Shown here: in pieces, positions 21,310 through 32,913 of the stretch
Position numbering within the stretch: the stretch's first letter is position 1
Layout: each line of letters opens with the position of its first letter
NCBI GenBank assembly: GCA_000004985.1
Contig: GG738857.1
Length of the DNA stretch: 64,000 nt
Source of the DNA: Naegleria gruberi
Taxonomy: Eukaryota
Direction: 5' to 3' (one strand)
Position numbers and translations under genes: made by a program
Notes under the pieces: generated by a model
Database searches by the model: none
Told to the model about the DNA's origin: nothing
Seen by the model: the letters and a program-made list of their open reading frames with translations, nothing else

Positions 21310-23910
21310 ATGATTGGTTGTTTTCTTCGTCATCATCATGATGGATCATCTCTGCTGGTGATCCTTTCTGTGATGATAATTTCTTCATTATTAATAATTA
21401 TTAATTCATCTGATGCTGCAATAATTTCTCTGAATAATAATCAAACAATTAATCATCAACATCATAACCAACAACAAGAATATATTTCACAATTTTGGAT
21501 GAATAGTAATGTTATTCCTTCCTTATTACCTTCTCATAAATCAAGAGCCTCTCGTTTCTATTATTCCAATCATCATCAACAACAGCAAGAGAAAAAGGCT
21601 ATTAGAAATAATCATCATCATGAAATTGTGAAGGAGTTGCCAAGTGAAAAGAAGATTTACAAGGGATTTGCAACAATCGACTCACAAATCAGAGAAAATG
21701 TTTATTCAAAAGGGGCTGCAGCAACTTCACAAGATTTCCTTCTTCCACGACCAAAGATGTACTCTGGTATTCAAACAAAGGATTCGGATCCATTATACTT
21801 TGGTATTGCTTGGAATGAATATGATAATCAACAGTGGAATATCAAAGTGAGAGAAAATGTTTACACTGAAGATATTCAATTTAATTGTTTGAAAGTGGAA
21901 CGTGCTGATCCCTTGACATTCTCCAAGGTTATTGTTGTGGATCAATATTTGACCAATGTTCGTCTGAATATCACAACTGTAAAATATGGAGGTGTGAAGA
22001 ATAATGCATTTGCTGTGAAAATTACAGGTGAATCAATGTATGATCCAAGAAAGAAGGAGAAGGTTGATGATCACATTGCTGTTTATTTGTACACTGGTGT
22101 AACTAAGGGAGAGGTTTATGATATGAAGACTGATTCAAATGGACAATTGGTATTACAAGGAGTTGACGACAGTTCTTATGGTAGTTTTAGAATGAGAACT
22201 AGCTCTGTGAAGGGTGCCAATACAGAAAAAACCAAGTGGAGATATGATAATGCGCTTGAATCATTCTACTTTGTAAATGAAACTGACAGACCATATTATG
22301 CCAAGCAAATAATTACTGACACGATCAGCTCTGGAGTTGGAAATGACTATAACAATAATCCAGCCTGTTGTCAAAATGGTGGAAATCACTTTAATTTATT
22401 GCCAAATAAGAAAATGTCACAAAAGAGTAATATTGGTATTATTCAAAAGGTTCTTAAAACACCTTTCGAATGGGTTATTACCTTTGATAATCCTAATGCC
22501 AATCCTCTCACTGATCTTGAATCATCGCCTGCCTATATTGACCACCTCTATGAAAAGTACAAACAAGAGTTTGAACAAAAGTTTGATGATAGATTCCCTG
22601 TCACTAATTTCATTAATACAAATACTCAAAAAGCTTCTGCTCAAGATTACAGAGAGTTTGGTATGCAAGTTGTTAGCAGTTTAATGTTTGGATTGAGTTA
22701 TTTTGAAGGTTCAGGATATTTCAAGAATATGAGTGATCCAGCGAATCCAATTATTGTCATGAAGAATAGAAAATTATTATCTCTCATTCCCAACAAACAA
22801 TCCTTCCCTCGTCCATTCTATTGGGATGAAGCATTCATGGAAATGGTTCAAGTGAGATGGAATAGAGAAGTATTTGAAGAAGTAACTAGAAATTGGCATT
22901 TTGATGCAATTCTTGATGATATCACTGGATGGATCGATAGAGAACAATTTATTGGAGAAGAGGCTAGATACCAACAACCCCAATGGGCTTGGTATGGCTT
23001 ATCAAATCAAATGAATCCACCAGTTTACTTTATCACTTTGGAGAGATATTGCAGAATGTATGACAAGAATGTTGTTATTGATTATTTTAACAGAACTGGT
23101 CTCTTTGAAAGATTACAAAAGATCCTTGCTTGGTATTTGAAGAATCTTCAAGCTGCTGGAAGTGAAGAGTATACTTACAGATGGGGAGGAAGAGTTTTTG
23201 ATGTTTCTCTAGATAGTGGTCTTGATGATTATCCAAGATTTATGAAGGTTCTACCAGGAGAGAGCAATGTAGATCTTCAAGCATGGATTGCTAAAGCAGC
23301 TCAAGTTATGAGCGACTTGTCTCAAATGTTATCCAAGCCAAAAGATCTCATTGATTACTATGCCTCCATATCCAATATTATTTCCAAGAATTTACATGAT
23401 TTGTTCTGGAATGAATCAATTGGATTTTATGTTGACAGATCAAAAACTCTTGGATTTGCCAACCACATTGGATACATTGGAATGTTACCTGTTTGTCTTG
23501 GAATTGAAACTAACATGACTCGTGTGGAAAAAACAATTGAAAAAATGTCAAACTCTGACTATTTATGGTATGAAGAGGGTGGTATCATTTCTCTCTCCTA
23601 TGAAGATATTACATTTGAAAGATCAGGTCAGTATTGGAGAGGAGCATTGTGGGCACCTTTTCAATATCAATGTGCTAGAGGACTTGCCTTTTATGAGAAT
23701 AATTACAAGTTGAACTCTGCCAAAATAATGAGAAAGAAAATTCAAACTGCCTACGTTAACAATGTTGTAAAGCATTACCACGTTAATGATAATTCCATTG
23801 GTGCAATCTATGAGACATACCATCCAACTGATGGAAGAGGTTTCAATAATCATCCTTTCACTGGTTGGTCAGCTCTAGTTGTTTTATTAATGTCTGAGGA
23901 TTATCAATAA
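21310..23910 (+). CDS. Mannosyl-oligosaccharide glucosidase (glucosidase I, GH63), type II membrane protein
   Basis: 866 aa with an N-terminal signal anchor. GH63-like segments: GWIDREQFIGEEARYQQPQWAWYG, ...GQYWRGALWAPFQYQCARGLAFYE.... A poly-His/Gln tract lies near the N-terminus. Confidence 0.7.
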   Translation: MIGCFLRHHHDGSSLLVILSVMIISSLLIIINSSDAAIISLNNNQTINHQHHNQQQEYISQFWMNSNVIPSLLPSHKSRASRFYYSNHHQQQQEKKAIRNNHHHEIVKELPSEKKIYKGFATIDSQIRENVYSKGAAATSQDFLLPRPKMYSGIQTKDSDPLYFGIAWNEYDNQQWNIKVRENVYTEDIQFNCLKVERADPLTFSKVIVVDQYLTNVRLNITTVKYGGVKNNAFAVKITGESMYDPRKKEKVDDHIAVYLYTGVTKGEVYDMKTDSNGQLVLQGVDDSSYGSFRMRTSSVKGANTEKTKWRYDNALESFYFVNETDRPYYAKQIITDTISSGVGNDYNNNPACCQNGGNHFNLLPNKKMSQKSNIGIIQKVLKTPFEWVITFDNPNANPLTDLESSPAYIDHLYEKYKQEFEQKFDDRFPVTNFINTNTQKASAQDYREFGMQVVSSLMFGLSYFEGSGYFKNMSDPANPIIVMKNRKLLSLIPNKQSFPRPFYWDEAFMEMVQVRWNREVFEEVTRNWHFDAILDDITGWIDREQFIGEEARYQQPQWAWYGLSNQMNPPVYFITLERYCRMYDKNVVIDYFNRTGLFERLQKILAWYLKNLQAAGSEEYTYRWGGRVFDVSLDSGLDDYPRFMKVLPGESNVDLQAWIAKAAQVMSDLSQMLSKPKDLIDYYASISNIISKNLHDLFWNESIGFYVDRSKTLGFANHIGYIGMLPVCLGIETNMTRVEKTIEKMSNSDYLWYEEGGIISLSYEDITFERSGQYWRGALWAPFQYQCARGLAFYENNYKLNSAKIMRKKIQTAYVNNVVKHYHVNDNSIGAIYETYHPTDGRGFNNHPFTGWSALVVLLMSEDYQ

Positions 23911-23987
23911 ATTCAAAACAAAGAAAACTTTAGTGAGACAGCAACTGCACATAAGAAATGAGTAAACCCTTGATTTATTCTGAACTA

Positions 23988-25949
23988 TTACCAAGAGGAT
24001 TCTTCATGAATCTTTTTACGCCAATCATCCTTCAAACAGACAAATGTAATTTCTGGGTGTGCATTTCTCAACTCATCCCAAGAAACAAATTGTTTAGGTT
24101 TGCTTCCATTTCTTTCTCTTCCATACTCCATATCTGACTCATTTGGTTCGTAATATTCAACAAGTTTAAGGGATGGTGGATGATTGATAAATGGGTCCTT
24201 AGTAAACATGCACACAACCAAACTCAAAGATTCCAATTCAGTCAAACTCTTCAACATGAGTTCTAATTCTTCTCCTTGAACAAAGTTTGGCATTCGTTGC
24301 CTTAATTCAAATCTCTTTAGTCCTGGATTGTTATTGGAAATTTGTTTGGAAATTGAATTGTCAAACTCCTCAACAGCAACAACTTTCAAGTTTTTGAATT
24401 TCTCTAAACAATAACCAGTAAAAGTTACAGAAGTATCATAAGTACCATATCCATAATTGTAAGTGAGAGGTATCCAAATATTGGAAGCAGAGTTCAATAG
24501 AGAATTATTGAGTGCATTATGAATAAATTCCCTGTAGGTTAATCGATGATTTGGAAGGAATATCTTGCCCATCTTACCTCTTGGATCCTCCACTTTTGCC
24601 TTAATATCATGTGTTAAACTATCAATGGAAACTTGTACTTGAAAGTTCTGTAAATATTTCACAATGACCTTTCTCCAAACTTTTCCACTTGCAGCTGAAG
24701 TAATCAATGTTCTTGTGGGGAGGAACGATAATACATTAAATAGAGTATCATCATCCAAAAGTCTAATATGAAATGCCGAAATTTGACTTGAAAATGGATT
24801 AATAAACTTGGCCTTTCTTTCATCGTCTGCTTTCTCCTTATTCAAACCTAATCTTCCATATGCACAAGCTCTCATCAAATAGGTCTGTTCTCGTTGTCTA
24901 GTGAGTGGCATTAAGGAAATTGATTGTGTGAAATCCTCAATAGCATACTTGACAAGATCCTTAGACAAGTAATAATAACAAAGTCCTCTATTGTAATAAG
25001 TAGATTCCAACAAATCAGAATCATAAACTAATCCAATAGAGATGGCATTATTAAAGAGAGTAATGGCCTTCTCATAACGAGCTGAATTATAATAGGAAAT
25101 ACCAGCCCTTACATATAATAATTCGAGTGAAATCAAAGTTTTTGGTTTTTCCTTAAGAATTGGCTTTGTTGTGTCCAATTTCAAATTGTGATTGAAAAAG
25201 TTCTTGACGTTATTGTTGAAATTTGAGGAAAATCTTGAAAAGTTTTGAGAAACTGTAATCATAGTTCGCTCAATTGGTTTTTTAGAATTAATTTGTAATT
25301 CAACAAATTCCTTTTCCAATTCTAGAATTTCATCTTCGGTTAATGGTTGATTATTCGAATTGACCAAAGTTTCTCTCAAATGAATTGAACTAAAGAATGA
25401 ATCACCAGCCGATTGGAAATCACCATTAGCATATTCAATAGAACCCTTCAAATACATTGTGAGATAACTGTCTCTAACAGCTGACACCTCCAAAGCTTCC
25501 AATAAACTCCAAGCTTCCTTCAAATCTGCATTCGATTCTTCCAATCTAGAATCTTCCAAACGAATCGTTGCTCTCTTTAACAATAATCTTGCCAATTCTT
25601 CATTAGAAACTTTTGTTTCCCTCTTCATAGCTTCAACTGCCATCGTTGTTTCTTGATCCAACTCGAGAGCTCTTTCCATTCGTTTCTTCTTCTCTGATTC
25701 CTTCATCATGTCCAAAATCTTTTCATTATTTCCACGAATGGAATGATCAATCGACTCGGCCAGTCTTTTCACACCCGCAGCAGCACCAACTACCAAGATC
25801 AATGGTAATAAAAACATTGGAGGATTATAACTATTGGAAACCAGTTCATCAATTTTAAGCAATATTTCACACAATTTCACACACACACGAATATTAAGGT
25901 AAATTTTCATCATCATTTTAGCAACATCATCATGAGAACCCGAAGACAC
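23988..25949 (-). CDS. TPR-repeat and F-box-like domain protein with N-terminal TM segment
   Basis: 653 aa; TPR-like helices (YNSARYEKAITLFNNAISIG..., YYNRGLCYYYLSKD...). F-box-like LLDDDTLFNVLSFLPTRTLITSAASGKVWRKVI. Confidence 0.5.
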   Translation of the reverse strand: MSSGSHDDVAKMMMKIYLNIRVCVKLCEILLKIDELVSNSYNPPMFLLPLILVVGAAAGVKRLAESIDHSIRGNNEKILDMMKESEKKKRMERALELDQETTMAVEAMKRETKVSNEELARLLLKRATIRLEDSRLEESNADLKEAWSLLEALEVSAVRDSYLTMYLKGSIEYANGDFQSAGDSFFSSIHLRETLVNSNNQPLTEDEILELEKEFVELQINSKKPIERTMITVSQNFSRFSSNFNNNVKNFFNHNLKLDTTKPILKEKPKTLISLELLYVRAGISYYNSARYEKAITLFNNAISIGLVYDSDLLESTYYNRGLCYYYLSKDLVKYAIEDFTQSISLMPLTRQREQTYLMRACAYGRLGLNKEKADDERKAKFINPFSSQISAFHIRLLDDDTLFNVLSFLPTRTLITSAASGKVWRKVIVKYLQNFQVQVSIDSLTHDIKAKVEDPRGKMGKIFLPNHRLTYREFIHNALNNSLLNSASNIWIPLTYNYGYGTYDTSVTFTGYCLEKFKNLKVVAVEEFDNSISKQISNNNPGLKRFELRQRMPNFVQGEELELMLKSLTELESLSLVVCMFTKDPFINHPPSLKLVEYYEPNESDMEYGRERNGSKPKQFVSWDELRNAHPEITFVCLKDDWRKKIHEESSW

Positions 25950-26779
25950 TTCTACTTACGCACCACCACACATTTTTTTTATATTTGTTGTGTGAAAAGA
26001 TGGTTTTTTTCAGTTAGTACTGTTTTTGCTTAGTAGAACTTCATCTCTTTCCAAATATGAATTTTAACGCAAGTTCATTAAGGACTCTGTTTGACTATTG
26101 CATGAAACTTTATACTCAACCAAATATATATACAAATGAAAATGGTGATGTAAAAGTAATCAATCTGATAATTGTTGAACAACAACCTAAATGTTCTGAA
26201 AGCCAAAACCAAATCAATATATTGAATGATAATCATCAAAATTATTGCATTCAAAAACAATCACTGCAATATATAGAAAACAATCATTTGGTAATAGAGA
26301 AAGAAGACTCTCTTATACAATAATTGAGATGACACAAATTAAAGTTCACTGTTATCTGTGCTTTGATAAGAAAGGGTTTGCATTTTCGTATTTTTTGAAT
26401 TCCTCTTACTCCTTGCATGCACGTTATCCAAACACATATTGTTGTATGACCTTCCTTTTAAAGAATTTATACCGAATTTTGAATTAATTGCTATATTGGT
26501 ATATTGAATAGTTTTGGTGATGACCGAATTCATAAGATAATCAACACAAAATCATTGTAAACTACCAGCAGCACTGCATTCAGTCAATTTGTGCAATTTA
26601 TTAGAAATGAAACTCTTCTTCCTTTTGTCCCTTCCCTTTCGAATAACAATTTGGCAAAACGAAACAAATTTTGGCGATACCTCCAGTTCACTCATCAGAA
26701 GATTTCAACATGAAAAACTGACAATCTCTTTACAACCGTCTAAAACAGCAAAATAAATATTGTCGTTGAAGAATTTCAA

Positions 26780-28009
26780 ATGTTCCAGCACAAGTTCAGT
26801 ATTATTTTGAGTGACATTTGGCAGGACAGTGATGCATTCTTACAACCAAAGCATGTACCCACTTCCTTCAGAAAATCATCTAAAATCTTCTTGTGCTCTC
26901 ATTCTTCTTTATCAATAAACGAAACAGACGAATCTTGCCGATTTCACCCGATTTGCAATACAAAAAAAATGCTCAAGAATACACTCTCACTGCATCCATC
27001 AGTTTCCACCACCACAGAATTAATCTATTGCACTTCTCCCCCAACTCCAACTAGACCATTTTCACTTTCGTCCACACTTTCGTCTCCTTTATCCAACCAC
27101 CAAATTCCTTCCTCCAACACGACCATGAACAATATTCATACCAATAATAACAATAATCCATATCTTCACTTTCACAACAACACCATCAACAATACTTCCA
27201 TTCCATCTTCAAACTCTTCCAGCACCAGCTCAACTTCCACAACCTCTTCAACTACCATATTTAGCAGCAATCGATTTAGTTTCAATCTCACAAATCTCTT
27301 CACCACCTTCTTCACCTTGTTTCTCTTCAGTTGTTACTTTTTTTCAGTGACTTATCATTGGTTAAATTTATATCCAAATTCAGTTGGTTTTCCTTTGGGT
27401 TTAAAATTTTTATTTTTGAATCAGGAACCTGAGAATGTTTTTTCATTGATTGATCAGATGCAACAGTTTGGAAGGGATCATCAGAAAAGTTTGGATTTTA
27501 TTCATGTTTTTGTGACAATTCCACTTTTTACATGTTTTGTGTTGGGATTGTGGTTTGATTCGTTTTTGAGTTCAAATTCGAATCATTATTCGAATCATCA
27601 TAATTCATACCTGATGAAAATTGGTGTTTGTTTCATGATTGGATTGCAATTGTTACTGTCTTGGATGGAAAAGATAATGATTATGGTCTTGTTGGAGAAA
27701 CATCCATTCGATGTTCGAATCATTGGAAAGAATCCACTGATGAGAGCTGTGAAAGATGTTGAAATTTTAAATTTAACATCAAAAGCTTCATTCATATTGG
27801 GTTTCTTGTTGGTTTTGGGTGGATTCTTGTCTATTCATTATAAGAATAATCAACAGCAACAATATTCAGATTCGTCTAGTTTATTTAATCATTCATTAGC
27901 ATACGAAAGTGTCAATTCATCATCACAGAAGGGATCTAATTTTCTAAATTTTGCAAATACTAGATTTCGTTCTGCTAGTGCTCATCAACAGTACAAAGAT
28001 ATTCTCTAA
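26780..28009 (+). CDS. Hypothetical multi-pass membrane protein with Ser/Thr/Asn-rich low-complexity N-terminal region
   Basis: 409-aa ORF; poly-Asn/Ser tracts (NNIHTNNNNNPYLHFHNN, SSNSSSTSSTSTTSST), then four or more hydrophobic helices. Confidence 0.4.
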   Translation: MFQHKFSIILSDIWQDSDAFLQPKHVPTSFRKSSKIFLCSHSSLSINETDESCRFHPICNTKKMLKNTLSLHPSVSTTTELIYCTSPPTPTRPFSLSSTLSSPLSNHQIPSSNTTMNNIHTNNNNNPYLHFHNNTINNTSIPSSNSSSTSSTSTTSSTTIFSSNRFSFNLTNLFTTFFTLFLFSCYFFSVTYHWLNLYPNSVGFPLGLKFLFLNQEPENVFSLIDQMQQFGRDHQKSLDFIHVFVTIPLFTCFVLGLWFDSFLSSNSNHYSNHHNSYLMKIGVCFMIGLQLLLSWMEKIMIMVLLEKHPFDVRIIGKNPLMRAVKDVEILNLTSKASFILGFLLVLGGFLSIHYKNNQQQQYSDSSSLFNHSLAYESVNSSSQKGSNFLNFANTRFRSASAHQQYKDIL

Positions 28010-28493
28010 TTCTTCAGTTGCAACAAGAAGGTCATTTGGATTACTCGAGTTTCGAATAGATAGTTAACATGATTTCGGGAACAAGTGCATCATCAATTCT
28101 CACAATCTTCTAATTAATAGACCGACTCTTTGGAGGTTTACAAACATCGAGTTGCAACACCGATGTAACTTTCTAATAAAATTTAAATGATTATAATAGT
28201 CAATAATAATTGTATTTACAAAATCTTTGAAATTTACAGTTTTTTGTGGAGGTCACCAAATTAATCCATTAAAGATGTTGAATATTTGAATATTCGAATG
28301 TGGTATCCTATTCCTGTAGTTGATTTCACTTCGACTTTTTACACAAATATTTGTTTACAAAACTGCTAGAAAAGTATGATTTGGAATAATTGGTTATCAT
28401 GTACTGCTATGTTAAAAGTTTTATGGGAAGTTTACAATTCATCTCTCAAAAATCATAAAATGTCAAATTCAAAAAACACAAACGAACAATCTG

Positions 28494-29011
28494 TTGGGAA
28501 CAGTCGGTGCAGGAACCATCGGAGCAACAGTTGCAGGAGCCACGACCTATGTAGGTGTGCCACTCGTTGTTTCATCATTGGGTTTTGGATCGGGTGGAGT
28601 GGTGGCTGGAACGACAGCAGCTGGCATGATGAGTGCTGCAGGAAATGTGGCTGCTGGTAGTTTGGTGGCTGGATTGCAGTCAGTTGGTGCTACAGGTAAG
28701 TTTAAATTATTTGTTTGTTTGATTGATTGAATTTGTTTGAATTATATAATTGGGTTGACGAATTTCGATTTGGATGAATAGGAGCTGTGGCTCTTGGAAC
28801 GACTGTTTTGCCAGTTACATTGGTGGTTGGTGCTGGAGTGGCAGTTGGATATCATTATTGGAATAAGAAGGGTGACAACACATCATCATCAACAACAATT
28901 GATGAAAATAAGACAAATGAAGAGAATGATAAGTTTGGTGGATCAACCAATGAAGAGAATGATAATAGTAATAATGGAAATTCGAGCAAACCATGGTGGA
29001 AAGTATGGTAA
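28494..29011 (+). CDS. Small Gly/Ala-rich membrane protein with Asn/Glu-rich tail; join(28494..28695,28782..29011), 86-nt GTAAGT..TAG intron. The true start is unresolved; the in-frame ATG ATG at MMSAAG is a candidate.
   Basis: The two ORF pieces join in phase 1 across a canonical intron. No in-frame ATG lies upstream of 28494 before a stop. Confidence 0.35.
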
Positions 29012-29167
29012 TTGGTCTAATCTCTTTGAAATAATCTCTGTACATTAAATATATTCTTGTATTATTAAAATTATTGGAATAGGATAAAAAGAAACTATTC
29101 CATATTCATTATACTTGACTAGACATGACCACTCAAATATTATGACTCCATACATATATCCAAAAAG

Positions 29168-30157
29168 TTATAGGATAAACAATAGGAAGAATTCAGAAAG
29201 TGACAACAAGTTATTTCTCATCTTGGGGAAATAAATATTTCCCATCTTTTCACTTGCTAAAATGTCAGGCTTATTGAGGAATTGTTTCATGAGATCTACG
29301 TCTTGTTTACTGAATTTTTCATCTTCAGTTCTTTGTAGAGCTTGTTCAATGGCTGATTGAATAACGGATTTTTGAAATTCATTTGCAAAACTTATTTGAA
29401 TTGGAAATCTTTGGAATGGAACTTCAAATAGAATGGAAGATTCATTACAATAATTTGCTAATTGTACGAATATTTCAATTAAACTTTCAGTGTCCATGTA
29501 CTTGATGATGAGAACATCGTGTTCTTGTGTTGAATGACCTTTGAACCATTGCCAGACATCCATTTCACTAATTGGAATCATTTTCATTGGAAGAAGAATA
29601 TTGGAAAAGTCTTCCTTGGCCTTTTCCATATATTCTATTGCTTTCGAATATTCCAATCTTCTATTATTGAACTCGTTCAATGTCTTGACATTGGAACAAT
29701 ACAATTTTTTCGACAATTCACTATGAATACCATATCCAAAACAATCATAACTTGGATAAATTGAAAATAATGTTTTGTACAATCCAGGTTGTCTAATAAT
29801 CTTTCCATCACATTTTCTATGAATAATAATTGGTAAATATTTCATTTCCAACTGATTGTCCAATGTTAATTCCTTCGGATTGTTTCCAAATAGCTTTAAC
29901 GAATCAAAAGCAGCACTTGTTATTGCATCATACTTTCCACACCATGAACTATTCCAAAATTGTTTAAATTGACGATTAGGATTTAATCTCTTCATCATAT
30001 TTTCTGTAGAATTATTGGATTGTTGTTGTTGTTCATTTACTGATGATAGAATAGTTGTTGTAGAAAATGATCGGAAATTCTTGATCAAGAAAAATTGATT
30101 GGAAAAAAATTGATTTTTCGAGAGATGAGAAAATGGGAGGGGTCTGAGTTTTTGCAT
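29168..30157 (-). CDS. Hypothetical protein, possible mitochondrial presequence
   Basis: 329-aa ORF. The N-terminus is Arg/Ser-rich and amphipathic-like (MQKLRPLPFSHLSKNQFFSNQFFLIKNFRSFSTTT). No family recognised. Confidence 0.45.
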   Translation of the reverse strand: MQKLRPLPFSHLSKNQFFSNQFFLIKNFRSFSTTTILSSVNEQQQQSNNSTENMMKRLNPNRQFKQFWNSSWCGKYDAITSAAFDSLKLFGNNPKELTLDNQLEMKYLPIIIHRKCDGKIIRQPGLYKTLFSIYPSYDCFGYGIHSELSKKLYCSNVKTLNEFNNRRLEYSKAIEYMEKAKEDFSNILLPMKMIPISEMDVWQWFKGHSTQEHDVLIIKYMDTESLIEIFVQLANYCNESSILFEVPFQRFPIQISFANEFQKSVIQSAIEQALQRTEDEKFSKQDVDLMKQFLNKPDILASEKMGNIYFPKMRNNLLSLSEFFLLFIL

Positions 30158-30266
30158 TTTTTTCTATCTTAAAAAAAGATCTCTAATTAAGATATTTAAA
30201 TTCTATCAATACAAATCAAAATGGAAGTTCCAAAATATTTGATATGAAAATAATCAATGTAAAAGA

Positions 30267-30340
30267 TGCCTCCCTTGGGAATCGAACCCAAGACCTCTGT
30301 CTTACTAGGACAGCGCTACTGCCAACTGAGCTAGGAAGGC
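30267..30340 (-). tRNA. tRNA-Thr (anticodon AGU)
   Basis: Reverse complement GCCTTCCTAGCTCAGTTGGCAGTAGCGCTGTCCTAGTAAGACAGAGGTCTTGGGTTCGATTCCCAAGGGAGGCA folds as a cloverleaf. It has a 7-bp acceptor stem with one G-U pair, a CTGTC/GACAG anticodon stem, loop CTAGTAA (anticodon AGT), a TTGGG/CCCAA T-stem with GTTCGATTC T-loop, and discriminator A. No encoded CCA and no intron. Confidence 0.85.
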
Positions 30341-30465
30341 CACATTCATTAAAAATCCCTTAATGAAATTGTGCTAACCATCATTAACAAAGATTAGAAT
30401 TTAAAGAATACGTATTTGTCTTAAATTGTGTTTTTGTTTTTAATCAAGTCTTTCAATGGTTGAGA

Positions 30466-32913
30466 ATGTTCATTATTTCGTTTGGAACTTTTCAAAACTC
30501 AAAAAAAATGCAACACCCACTCACAGATGTCAAATTTTCATTTCTTGTTGATGAAACATCAACAATAGGAAACTCGCATGATGACCTGATGGGAAAGTTT
30601 CATGATACTTTAAATTATTCCTTCCGATCCCATAAAAATCGTGCCTATCAACTTGAATGTGAATTGTTGGAGATTTTACTTCACGGAAATTATCATAATC
30701 ATGTTATGAAGAATAGTTTTGAGATTGCAGATCCGTATCGATCAGTAATAATTCAATTGATTTCAAAGTGTAATATTGGTAGTGGTTGTGTGAAATTTTT
30801 ATCGGATCGATGGAAGAGAGATCGAGAATTAATGAAAATTGCACTGAGTGTTAACGGTTATCAATTTGATGAAATGTTGCCAGAATTCCAGAAAGATAGA
30901 GAGTTGATTTTGATGGCAATTAGAAATGAGAAGCAATCGCTGGTAGACAAACACTCTCCAGAGAAAATTATCACACAAATATTGAGCGATTTTAGTGAAG
31001 ATATAGAGCTTATGATGGAATGTTGTAAGAAGAAAAGACTTTGCTTTTATTATCTCAGTGAAAAATTGAGAGATAATGAAGAGTTTGCTGCATTTTGCTT
31101 TTCTGAATGGTGCGGTACGTCTGAAATGGATAGTCTTTCTGAGAGATTGAAAAACAACCGAGAATTCATCTCAAAAATTATTGAAATCAACCCAGAGATA
31201 GTGACCAGATGTGGAAAAGAAATTGTGGATGATGAATTAATGTTAAAAGCACTCAAATATGGTCTTTCTTTGGATCACTTGTATAACTCTCCCCTTTTGA
31301 CAAGAGAGCTAGCATTAGAATATTCCAAAACAAATCATTGGTCCTATATTCCTAAACGATTTGCCAAAGACAAAGAAATCTGTTTAAATATTGTTGAAAA
31401 ATATGGTTCCAGATTAACAAATCTGGATAGTGAAATGCAATATGATATGGATGTTGTTAAGGTTGCAGTGAAGAACTATCCGCACGTTTTTAAAGACCTA
31501 CCAGAAGAAGTGAAGTTACAATTTGCTAAATCTTGCCGTGAAACAATCATTGATATTGTACATAATGATTCAAACTATCATCTTTATAACTATTTCAAGA
31601 ATTACATGGGAGAGGACATTGATTTTTATGTTTTTGCCTATACCAAAGACTGTAATTGCAATCCTCCAGCATCTTTATTAGAAAATAGAGAATTCACTTT
31701 GAAATGTCTGCTACAAAATCATTTACGGATCAAAGTACCAGCTCAATATAAAACAGATACAGAAATCATCAATGCCTATTGGAATTGTAAAAAAAATCCA
31801 ACAAGGAGAATCGAATGGGATTGGGAGATTATTCTTCAAAATTCTGAAATCACAATGGAAGCTTTAGAAAGTTGGTCCAATGAAGAAAAATTTGATTTAG
31901 AAGTTACCCAATTTGAAAATGCCTCTCTAGATATATTATCAAATAGAAAAATCATTCTATTGGCAGCCAAGAATGAATTACTTTCCAATATTTCAATTCT
32001 TCCAGATCAGTTTAAAGTTGATAAGGAAATTGTCATGCCAATGTTGAAGAAGAATCCAAAGCAATTAGAAAATACTCCTCTCAATCGAAACAAAGAATTT
32101 TTGTTGGAATTTTTGAAAGAAAACCCCTCAGTTGATTTGAACTTGGTAGCTCATTTCATTACACCTTTTGGAGATGAATTTTTACGAAGTGCCATTGAAT
32201 TGAACGGATTACTTTTAGAACATGCCAATGCGGAAATGAAATCAGATAGAGAGTTAGTTTTGAAAGCTGTTTCTAATAAGTGTCACGCTCTAGCATTTGC
32301 TAGCGATTTATTGAAACAAGATTTTGAAATTGTAATGCAATCGGTTAAACAAGATGGCTCTACTTTACTTTATGCCAATGATTCTTTGAAATCAAACAGA
32401 GAACTCGTATTGGAAGCATTGAAATCTGGATATTTTGACGAAAACAAGGATATTGACTGGAATGATCCTGAAATACTTTTGAATTTTGCAATGAGTAGAG
32501 CACCAGTCTATTCTATTCCATCGTTATCAGAAGAAATTAGTTCTGATTGTAATCTCTTTGAGAAACTCTTGTCATATAATGGAGAAATGCTTCAATTTGC
32601 TTCAGAAGCTATCAGAAATGATGAAAATCTAGTTCTTCTTGCAGTGAAATCATCTTGGAGTGTATTAGAATATGCCTCTCAAGAAAGACAAAATGATCTC
32701 TTAACAATTCTAAGAGCTCGTCAACTAGCTGTTAGAAAGTTTAGCTCCCTAGATATGGCAGCTGATGATTGGGCACCCTACAGGCCTCCATCTTCTGTAA
32801 CCACTGATAATGTATGGTATGAGAGAGTATCAGCTGATTTTGAAAAAAGAGTATGGACTCAATATCTCCTAGATTGTAAGCAGCAAACCAGAAACCCCTA
32901 TGCAATGAATTAA
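30466..32913 (+). CDS. DUF4116-repeat protein (alternative start Met at 30508)
   Basis: About 815 aa built of more than 10 repeats of the DUF4116 consensus (DRELxLxAVxxNGxxLEYASxELxxDxExVxxAV, e.g. DRELMKIALSVNGYQFDEMLPEFQKDRELILMAIRN; NRELVLEALKSGYF; ENLVLLAVKSSWSVLEYASQERQND). Confidence 0.55.
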   Translation: MFIISFGTFQNSKKMQHPLTDVKFSFLVDETSTIGNSHDDLMGKFHDTLNYSFRSHKNRAYQLECELLEILLHGNYHNHVMKNSFEIADPYRSVIIQLISKCNIGSGCVKFLSDRWKRDRELMKIALSVNGYQFDEMLPEFQKDRELILMAIRNEKQSLVDKHSPEKIITQILSDFSEDIELMMECCKKKRLCFYYLSEKLRDNEEFAAFCFSEWCGTSEMDSLSERLKNNREFISKIIEINPEIVTRCGKEIVDDELMLKALKYGLSLDHLYNSPLLTRELALEYSKTNHWSYIPKRFAKDKEICLNIVEKYGSRLTNLDSEMQYDMDVVKVAVKNYPHVFKDLPEEVKLQFAKSCRETIIDIVHNDSNYHLYNYFKNYMGEDIDFYVFAYTKDCNCNPPASLLENREFTLKCLLQNHLRIKVPAQYKTDTEIINAYWNCKKNPTRRIEWDWEIILQNSEITMEALESWSNEEKFDLEVTQFENASLDILSNRKIILLAAKNELLSNISILPDQFKVDKEIVMPMLKKNPKQLENTPLNRNKEFLLEFLKENPSVDLNLVAHFITPFGDEFLRSAIELNGLLLEHANAEMKSDRELVLKAVSNKCHALAFASDLLKQDFEIVMQSVKQDGSTLLYANDSLKSNRELVLEALKSGYFDENKDIDWNDPEILLNFAMSRAPVYSIPSLSEEISSDCNLFEKLLSYNGEMLQFASEAIRNDENLVLLAVKSSWSVLEYASQERQNDLLTILRARQLAVRKFSSLDMAADDWAPYRPPSSVTTDNVWYERVSADFEKRVWTQYLLDCKQQTRNPYAMN

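Noticed and set aside
28376-28660. 94-aa ORF overlapping the Gly/Ala-rich gene in another frame
   Set aside because: Arg/Cys/Ser/His-rich composition typical of an out-of-frame reading of GC-rich Gly/Ala codons. The Gly/Ala frame splices cleanly to exon 2.
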